From Paragordius varius (lineage: Eukaryota; Animalia; Nematomorpha), in NCBI GenBank assembly GCA_964247055.1, contig OZ176059.1:3224001-3288000 (forward strand): 64,000 bases of DNA, written 5' to 3'. A program made the position numbers and the translations under genes. Under the pieces are notes generated by a model. The model saw nothing but the letters and a program-made list of their open reading frames with translations. It did not search any database and was not told the DNA's origin. How positions within the stretch are numbered: the stretch's first letter is position 1; the number at the start of each line of letters is the position of its first letter. Below, one piece after another: positions 28,401-36,440 of the stretch.

Positions 28401-29546
28401 CTCATCTCAACTCTTCTCTTCTTCTTCTTCTTCATCTAATAATAATAATATTCTTCTTCACAACAACACTCACAACAAGAGTGATGACGTCATCACTCTT
28501 GTTATGAGTGTTGTTGCACTCTCTCTCTCACTCACACACTAGTTGTTGTTGTAGTTGTTGGTGAAGAATGAATGTGTGTCTCTCTCTCATATATGTATGT
28601 GATGAAATGAGTGTCATTTGTTATTTTTGATTTGTTATTTTTGTTATTATTATATATATGTATATGTATATAGAGAAGAAGAAGGAAAATTGTTATTTTT
28701 GAATGTAACATTGTTATTTTTGTGTAATATTGTTATTTTTTGAATATTTTTTTAATTTTGTTATTTTTTGAGTATTTTTTATTATTTTTTGAATATTTTT
28801 TTTATTTTAAAAATATATTTTAGTAATAAAATTCAATTTTTTTGTTGAAAAATGACAATTTTATAATATTTTCTTAATTTTATTCATATTTTTGAACATT
28901 TTTAATTATTTTTTTGTTGAAAAATAATATTTTTTGATGATTTTTTTGTTAAAAAATGACATTTTTGATGATTTATTCTTGTTTTTAATGTTAAAAATGA
29001 TATTTTTTTGATTTTTTCAAGATTTGATGAATGTTTTGTGGTTTTAGTTATTTTTGATGAAATTTGACATTGAAGATTTATTCTTGTTTTTTGATGTTAA
29101 AAATGTTATTTTTCTTGATTTTTCGAGAGAATTGACAATTTTAATTAATTTATTACTTATATTTTTTAGTTAATTCTCATTTTATGACATTTATAAAATA
29201 TCAGAAAAAAACTTAATTTTTCTTTCTCCAAATTTAGATTTTTATTGAAAAAATAATATTAAAATTTAATTTTTTTATGAAATTCATTTTTAGTGAAAAA
29301 TTAGAGAATAAAATTTTTTAAGTACAAATCTAATATTACTTCATTTATACAGTAAAATTATCAAATTATCACTAATTTCTTTTAACTCATTTTTACTCAT
29401 TTTTTTAATAATTTTTGATAAAGTTTTAAGAAAGAATAAAATTTTATTTAAAAAATTCAAAAAAAATTATTTTTATTCAAAAAAACTGATAATTTCTCCA
29501 ATTTTTACTTATTTTTGTAAGATTGCTGGAAAATTTTAATTAAAAA

Positions 29547-30790
29547 TTTATTTTTTCTGCTAAAATAATATATAAAAATGTTTTAAATAATTGTAATTTA
29601 GTAATAGAAAATGATTATTAAAAAATTTTTCCAAAGAAATTTAAAAATTAGGATTTATGGTTAAAAATCTTCGTCTGCTTCTTCATAGGTTAAAATTCTC
29701 GTCTGCTATTTTTAAATTTAGAAGTTTATCAGCTATTTCTTTTTTTAATGAATTAGTTTTCGGCTAAAAATAATATTTGAAATGTTTAAATAAATAATAA
29801 ATATATATAAATATATAAATATGATAAAATTGAAAAAATAGCTGATTGCTGTAAAAAAACCAAATAAACCCCTTTTAGATAAGTTTTATTTTATTTGTAG
29901 AAAATATAATAATATATTAATCTTTTTGTTTTGAAATTATTTTTTTATACAAAAATTTAATTTTTAGATATTTTTATATTGTTTTAATTTTTTGAAAAAA
30001 AAAATAATTTATTTTAATTTTAAAATAATTTTATATTATAATTTAATTAATAATTAAATAATTAAATTTTATTTTTAATTTAAAATAAAATTATTTTTTT
30101 GTTAAGAAGTCTGCCATTTTAGAATTTATCGCTAACGATCATCTGTCAATTAAAAAAAATATATATAAAAAATATCGCTTGGCATCAAATACCTTAAAAA
30201 AAATTGTTTGAAAAAAATATTGGGGGGGCGTCTCCTAAATAGTTTAAATAAATTTTATAGTCTGCTATTAATGACATAGTAACATAAAGCCAATTTTACA
30301 GATTTTTAAATAGAATCGTCTGTTGTAAAACGGATAATAAATAACGTCTGCTAAAATGATATAAAGATACTATAAAATTAAAATCTTAAAATATATTAAT
30401 ATTTATTTTTGTAAATTTGTCAAGTTATCGTCTGCCAACATATAAAACTGAAATTTATCGTCTGCCAAACATAAAAAAATTAAATAATCGTCTGAAAAAA
30501 ATAATTTTATATTAAAATATCTTCTCTGCCTTAGTTATCTCTGTTGTAAAAAGTATGATAATTTTTCGTCTGCTAATTTTTACAAGTTTGTGTAATTATC
30601 GTCTGCGTAATATCATCTGCATCCATAAGAATTTGTTCATCTGCTATTCTTAAGGAATATTTAAGGTTGTTTGGAAAAAATCGTCTGCAAAATATATTAG
30701 CATACAATTTTAATTTAAATAAATCGTCTGCTCTACAAAACATATATAAATGTTTATAAAATAGTCTTCTGCCATTTTTGAATGAACCTT
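29547..30790 (-). repeat. Degenerate repeat field homologous to the eIF5A upstream/start-codon region (TCGTCTGC motif cluster)
   Basis: AAAATCTTCGTCTGC near 29664 matches the real start context at ~36390-36404. TTTATTTTTTCTGCTAAAATAA (29547) resembles ~36671. TTAGTTTTCGGCTAAAAATAA (~29753) resembles ~37305. Many further TCGTCTG copies run to ~30780. Confidence 0.75.
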
Positions 30791-30880
30791 TAAAATAATA
30801 TATTTGGTAATTATTATTTTATTTATTTCTAAAATGGGAAAATATTTATATGAAACAATAATTCAAAACAAATTAATGAA

Positions 30881-30911
<31 letters not shown>

Positions 30912-30999
30912 TTAAAGAATAAAAAAATTAAAAGAAATTTTAAAATATATTTACAATTTTATTATATATATCCAAATTAATATAATATAAAAATGACTT

Positions 31000-31200
31000 T
31001 TTATGAATGAATGAGCGAGTATATATATAAATTTTTCCAAAAAAAATTGTTTAATTTAAAGAAAAAAAAACGTCTGCATTTATATTTTCATACAAAACAG
31101 TGTTTGCGTGAATGAATGCGAATCATGCCGTAAAAAAATTTGAAATAATGATTCAAATATAAATTTATTCATATTAAACAAAAAAATTATGGTTTATGCA

Positions 31201-31231
<31 letters not shown>

Positions 31232-31820
31232 AACATTATCATTCAAATTATGATATATGATAAATATATATATCGTTGCGTGAAAGAATGTTATTTAATA
31301 TATATATGTATATATATATATATACATAAAGAGAGAAAATATAAATCATATTGATTCAAATTATCAAATTTTGGGTACTATAATAAACATTATCATTCAT
31401 GCCTGAAATCATATATTTTATTATTTAAAATAATCATTTATACCATCATAATCATATGATATTGTGAAAGAATGCTAAATGTAAACCGTTATTTTGTAAA
31501 TCATATGTTTGTGAAAATATGCCATAGGTATAAATCAAAAAAATTATTTTGTAAAATCATATGTTTGTGTGAAATATTATGTATTATATCTAAATATTTT
31601 AAAATCATATGTTTGTGTGAAAAAATGGCATTATATAAAGAATTAAAATAGGTATATTGATTGTAAACATAAACTACATGCACTCAAATATAAAATAAAA
31701 CATTCACCCATAATAAAATCATATTCATATAATAAGGATTTATACTATATTTTCAAATAATTATCTTTAAACAAACACACACATGTTTGCGTGAATGAAT
31801 GCACAATTGTCATGCGGCCA
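31000..31820 (-). repeat. Degenerate tandem copies of the segment just 3' of eIF5A, interspersed with (TA)n
   Basis: TGTTTGCGTGAATGAATGC near 31785 recurs near 31102, with weaker copies near 31275 and 31462; AATCATATGTTTGTGTGAAA recurs at ~31500, 31557 and 31604. Confidence 0.65.
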
Positions 31821-31860
31821 GATCACCTGATTTAACATCAGCTGACCGGATAGTAAAGGC

Positions 31861-31866
31861 TTTATT
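31861..31866 (-). promoter_or_regulatory. Candidate AATAAA polyadenylation signal overlapping the eIF5A stop codon
   Basis: The minus strand reads GCT TAA TAAA. AATAAA is common in AT-rich DNA, so support is weak. Confidence 0.3.
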
Positions 31867-32009
31867 AAGCATTGGAAGACATGGTTTTATAACTGATGGC
31901 ACATTCACAACCCATAGCTTTCTGAACCGTTATAAGCAAGTCTGAACCACCAGCCCCAAATTTCTCACTCACATCCTTCTTGAGGTCAGGATTTAAAGCT
32001 CCATCAAGT
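31865..32009 (-). CDS. eIF5A: eIF5A coding exon 4 (terminal)
   Basis: Acceptor TTTATTTTAG; completes the split AG|A Arg codon; the only copy that continues through ITVQKAMG to TAA. Confidence 0.92.
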
Positions 32010-35000
32010 CTAAAATAAAATGTATAAAAGAATGTAAAAAACAGCTGATTTGGATAATTTTTATATTGTGATATTGTAGTGCAAAACTAGCAAACACAGC
32101 TGATTTAATTTCTTTAACAATTATAAGAAAGCCCCAAATTTTTCACTCACATCTTTCTTAAGGTCAGGATTAAGACCTCCATCTAGTCTGAAAAATTTTA
32201 TAAATATGAGTTATTTGAATTAAAAATCAGCTAATTTGCAAAAAAATTTGGTGTGGAGAAGTCAAAATAGGTTTTTAACTCAGAAAGCCCTGAAAACAGC
32301 TGTTGTTTTACTTTTATTTTTTAAAGAGGAATATTTTATAAGCAAGGTCTGAACTGCCTGCCCAAATTTTTCACTCACATCCTTTTTGAGGTCAGGATTT
32401 AGAGCACCATCAAGTCTAAAAATTTGATAAAAGAATGTAAAAATCAGCTGATTTGGGAAAATATTTGGTGTGGAGAAAGCCAGTTAGTTTTTTAACTTAT
32501 TAAATCCTAAAAACAGCTGTTATTTATTTTTTAGCAAAAAGAATTTTATTTAATTTATTTTATAAGCAAGTCTGAACCACCCGCTCCAAATTTTTCACTC
32601 ACATCCTTTTTGAGGTCAGGATTTAGAGCTCCAACTAATCTGTTTTATAAATAAAAAAGTTAATAATCAGCAAAAACGGCTGATTTTATGATGTAGGAGG
32701 ATTAAACAAGTCATTTTAGTCGTAAGAATGAGCAAAAACAGCCGATTTAATAGAGCTTAAAAGCAGCTTTTACAGATTTTTTTAACCAGCCCCGAAGCTC
32801 ACGTATTTCTTGAAGTCAGGATTTAGAGCTCCATCAAGTCTAGAAGATTTTATAAAAATAAGTTATTTGTATAAAAAATCAGCCGATTTGCAAAAAAATT
32901 GGTGTGGAGAAGTCAAAATGGTGTTCAAACCCTAACAGCTATCATTTTAATTTTATCACAATTTTCTAAGCTTTTTTTATAAGGAGGTCTGAACCACCCG
33001 CCCCAAATTTTTAACTCGCGTCTTTCTTGAGGTCAAGAAGCACCATCAAGTATAATCGTGATAAATAAATGTAAAAACAGCTGATTTGTATATTAATATA
33101 GTAGTTTAAAAAATGCATAAAACAGCTGGTTTTAGAGAAATTCAATTAATTTTAGTGTTTTAAGCTTTTTATAAGCAAATCTGAACCGCCAACCTTAAAT
33201 TTTTTAATCATATTTTTCTTGAGATCAGGATTTAGAGTTCCGTCGAGTCAAAAATTTTTCATAAAAATAATAAATAAAACAGCTGATTTGGAAAAGAATT
33301 CGATGTGGAGAAGTCAAATTGGTGTTCAAAACCTAAAAACATCTGTTATTTTAATTTTTTTCAAAAATTTTTATAAGCAGGTCCGTCAGCCCCAAATTTT
33401 TCACTCACATCCTTTTTAAGGTCAGGATTTAATGCTCCATCAAGTCTAGAAGATTTAATAAAAGAATGTAAAAAATGAGATGATTTGTAAGGTGTGGAAA
33501 AGTCAAAATGGGTTATAACTCGGAAAGCCTGAAAAACAGCTGTTATTTTACTTTTTGAAAAATTATTTTTTAAAGAGATATATTTTATAAGCAAGTCTGA
33601 ACCACCAGTCCCAAATTTCCCACTCACATCTTTCTTGAGGTCAGGATTTAGAGCTCCATCTAATCTGTTATAAAATGCATAAAAGAATGTAAAAAACAGC
33701 TGCTTTGGCAATTTTTACATCTAATTTCAAGTCTTAAGAGAAAATGTGTTTTAACAGAGATTCAAAAAACAGCCGATTTAAAAAAATTTAATGAAATAAA
33801 TATTTTTAAACGTTTATGAGCAAGCAACTACCAGCCCCAAAATTTTCTTGCATCTTTTTTAAGGTCGGGATTCTGAGCTCCGTCTAAAAAACGAAAAAAT
33901 GTAAAAACAGCTGATTTAGAGAAATTTAAAAATATTTATCTGCACAGCTGAATGCTTGATAGGTGTCTTTTAACTCCAAAAATAGTAGAAAAAAACTGTT
34001 TCAGTTCTTTAAAATAAATATAATTAAAAACAGCTGATAAAATTTTTTGTTTTTTAAGCTTTTTTATAAGAGCAGGTCTGAACCTTAAACCCTGGATTCT
34101 AAGCTCTATCTAATCTGTTTTTAAAAAAATATCATTTTATATATAAAATTTATAAAAATATTTTATATTTATTTAACTATTTATAAAAAATTAAAAAAAT
34201 TTATTTTTTTAAATTTATAAAAGATAAAAAATTATTTATTAAATTTACAAATATATTTTTATAAAAATATTAAAATATGAAATCAAATTTAAAATTATTT
34301 CATATTTATTTTTATAATTTGATTAAAAATTCATTTTTTTTATCAAAAAACTAAAAAAAACCTCAAATCACTGCGAGTATCTCCCTTTTCATCCATGAGT
34401 GTCATGTAACCTTCTCCATCCATGTCGATCAGCTGATAAAACATAAAAACATTAAAACAGCTGATAAATCACATAACATTAAAGCAGCTGATATTAAAAA
34501 ATTAAATAAAGGTATTGATATGAAATTATTAATTAAATGTTCTTTTTAAAATAATTAAAATAAATATTAAAAACAAACAAAATTTATTAAACCTCATACT
34601 TACTCTTATTATTACAAAATAAATATTTTCCATCCATGTCGATAAGCTGATGAATCGCATAAAAATACTAACACATCTGATATTTACCAATTAAAATAAA
34701 AAACGTATAAAAAAGAACTGATAACGCAAATTTAGTACATAAATCATTACAAAACAACTGATCAAACACAACATCAACCATATAAAAATTAAGTTTTAAG
34801 ATATTGTTAACAAGAACGAATATTTTATGTTTAAATAATAATTTAAATTCTCGTAAAATTTAATAAATTAATATACAAAAAATCCATTGAATACTCCCAT
34901 GTATCGAAAATGGATACAGTTTAAATTTAAAAAATTTAACCGCTTTTTTACTAAAAATATGTGTTATTCAATTTCATAAAAATACTTTTTCAAAAAACAG

Positions 35001-36407
35001 CTGATATTTATGTTAATCAGCTGGTTGTTTTCGTATATAAAAATTAACCTTTAAACTATTGAAAATTATTTATATCTAAAATATAATACAAAACCGCTTT
35101 TATACTATGAGATATTTTTGTTTTAAAATACATGTTATTAGATTTTGCTCAAAATACTCTTAAAACAGCTGATAACTAACTTTCAAAATTCAAAATATAT
35201 TCCTAATTGTTTAAACCAATGTTAAAATTAAAACTGACCTTTTTTGTTTAAGCTAAATATATATATCATTAATCAAGTAAATGATATATCATTGCTAAAT
35301 TTTTACTAAAATACAAAATTTCGAAAAATAAGTTTAAAAATCTTTATAAAACAAAACATTTTAAATAAAACAGCTGATGTTAACCCAATATGTTAACCAG
35401 CTGTTCTAAACATATGCATAAAATCACCTGATATTCAATGCGTGAAACGTTTGGAACTTCCATATTGTGTGTTGAAGGGCAAATATCTTCATACTTTTTC
35501 CCAGTAAATATATCAATGCCAACCAAGTGAACCTAAAAATACAAATAGATATCAGTTGATTTAAGATTAAAAAGGGTAAAAACACCCACCTGATTTGTAG
35601 CAAAAACAAATTATTAAACAAACAGCTGTTCTGAAATATATAAAAACACGAATTTATATATATAATTCTTTATTTTTATCTTATATAATATCTTCATATT
35701 TTTCCCAGTAAATATATTAATGCCAACAAGGTGAAATTAAATATATAAATTATCGATATCAGCTGATTTTTGCATTTTTCTCAATTTTTAAATATCTATC
35801 CATTTTTTTTACAAAAACGAGTAAATACTTAATATTAAACCATTTTATCAAATCTTTTAACCATTTTAAGGTTAAAACCCCCTAAATCAGCTGTTTTACT
35901 CATTTTTTCGAGAATATTCTTTAAATCTCTAACTAATCTTGGCATGCCCACGTTTCCCAGTTTTAGAGGTTGACATTTCGACAATTTTACAGGGACGTCC
36001 TTTGGGAACTATCAAGCCATTTTTAACCATTTTAAGTTAGAAACCCAAGAAAACAGCTGATTTTCTCAATTTTTAAGTATTTTTGTCAATTTTTAAATAT
36101 CTATCCATTTCCACAAAAAACGAGTAAATACCTAATTTTAAACCATTTTTTTAAATTTTTGGACAATTTTTTCGGTAAAAAACAGAAAATCAGCTGTTTT
36201 ACTCATTTTTTTCCAGAATATTCTTCAAAAATCTTTCAAACTAACCTTTGCATGTCCATGTTTTCCAGTTTTAGATGTTGACATTTCAACAATTTTACAG
36301 GGACGTCCTTTAAGAACTACGAGGCCATTTTTCCTTAAAGCTGAACATTGCATAGGGAATGTTTCAGACGCTCCTGAGCACACCTGTTCAAAATCTTCGT
36401 CTGCCAT
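31865..36407 (-). CDS. eIF5A: Eukaryotic translation initiation/elongation factor 5A; join(36407-36246, 35532-35428, 34432-34362, 32009-31865), 160 aa
   Basis: Manual splicing at GT-AG introns gives 483 nt in frame: [160 protein letters not shown]. The hypusination motif [12 protein letters not shown] (Lys49) is intact. Confidence 0.96.
32115..34115 (-). repeat. Ten tandem ~200-250 bp copies of [intron 3' end + acceptor + first ~60-80 nt of eIF5A exon 4]
   Basis: Exon-like parts begin at or near 32187, 32415, 32639, 32839, ~33050, ~33248, 33445, 33664, ~33885 and ~34113. They translate to RLDG(A/G)[14 protein letters not shown] variants. Most keep an AG acceptor; the copies near 33050 and 33248 have lost it. 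Confidence 0.92.
34362..34432 (-). CDS. eIF5A: eIF5A coding exon 3
   Basis: TTTATCAG|CTGATCGACATG...GATTTGAG|GTTTTT; encodes [23 protein letters not shown] plus 2 nt. Confidence 0.92.
34628..34655 (-). pseudogene. Truncated echo of eIF5A exon 3 5' end with intact acceptor
   Basis: TTCATCAG|CTTATCGACATGGATGGA versus the real TTTATCAG|CTGATCGACATGGATGGA. Confidence 0.75.
35428..35532 (-). CDS. eIF5A: eIF5A coding exon 2
   Basis: TTTTTAG|GTTCACTTG...GAATATCAG|GTGATT; encodes [35 protein letters not shown]. Confidence 0.95.
35689..35734 (-). pseudogene. Truncated echo of eIF5A exon 2 5' half
   Basis: CACCTTGTTGGCATTAATATATTTACTGGGAAAAATATGAAGATAT ([14 protein letters not shown]) with a 1-nt deletion; the acceptor is lost. 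Confidence 0.8.
35938..36025 (-). pseudogene. Echo of the 3' half of eIF5A coding exon 1, with the donor mutated GT>AT
   Basis: Translates [29 protein letters not shown] and is followed by ATTAG instead of GTTAG. It belongs to a ~306-bp tandem duplication that makes up much of intron 1. Confidence 0.9.
36246..36407 (-). CDS. eIF5A: eIF5A coding exon 1
   Basis: ORF-track hit MADEDFEQ...GKHGHAK with donor GCAAAG|GTTAGT. Confidence 0.97.
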
Positions 36408-36419
36408 TTTTTGATTGGT

Positions 36420-36440
36420 CTGCTAAAAATTAAAAAATTT
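36420..36440 (-). promoter_or_regulatory. Tandem NAGNAG splice acceptor (TTTTTAG CAG) 12-15 nt upstream of the eIF5A ATG
   Basis: The minus strand reads TTTTTAATTTTTAG CAG ACCAATCAAAAAATG. This implies an upstream 5' UTR intron or a trans-splice site. Confidence 0.55.

Larger units (their letters stand above)
1200..29000. repeat. Tandem array of 23 units (~1.2 kb), each centred on a palindrome with core GAGTGATGAC|GTCATCACTC
   Basis: Palindrome centres fall after bases 1628, 2784, 3930, 5086, 6273, 7482, 8516, 9807, 11089, 12310, 13573, 14897, 16229, 17503, 18816, 20006, 21205, 22460, 23700, 24888, 26080, 27272 and 28488 (spacing 1034-1332 bp, mean ~1220). Each unit has a conserved ~450-bp microsatellite-rich core (TAGTAGTAG, (TTCA)n, AACAAGAATCAACAACAAAAACCTTCTTCTCTC, (CTT)n, palindrome, (CT)n, (GTT)n, GATGAAATGAGTG, TTGTTATTTTTG) and a more divergent A/T spacer. 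The edges decay into degenerate spacer-like sequence, so array limits are approximate. Confidence 0.97.

Noticed and set aside
1600-28520. Palindromes as amplification or fold-back sequencing artefacts
   Set aside because: Perfect symmetry stops after ~30 bp, always centres on the same site, and is flanked by non-mirrored conserved sequence. Chimeric fold-backs would mirror long flanks at arbitrary positions.
1600-28520. Canonical pre-miRNA annotation
   Set aside because: The length fits, but there is no terminal loop or bulge pattern and no expression data, so it is kept only as a hypothesis.
3811-28542. Recurrent ORFs containing HHKSDDVITLVVSVVVV on both strands
   Set aside because: They are the palindrome plus microsatellites read in frame. 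They appear on both strands because the DNA is self-complementary, and flanking repeat lengths shift frame between units.
1200-29000. CRISPR-like repeat-spacer array
   Set aside because: Spacers are ~1.1 kb and homologous to each other, the context is eukaryotic, and no cas genes are present.
33219-33419. Plus-strand [13 protein letters not shown]...
   Set aside because: Antisense to exon 4 echoes, with no independent support.
35424-35621. ORF-track protein MFNNLFLL... as a separate gene
   Set aside because: It overlaps eIF5A exon 2 in a different reading frame; the eIF5A frame explains the sequence.
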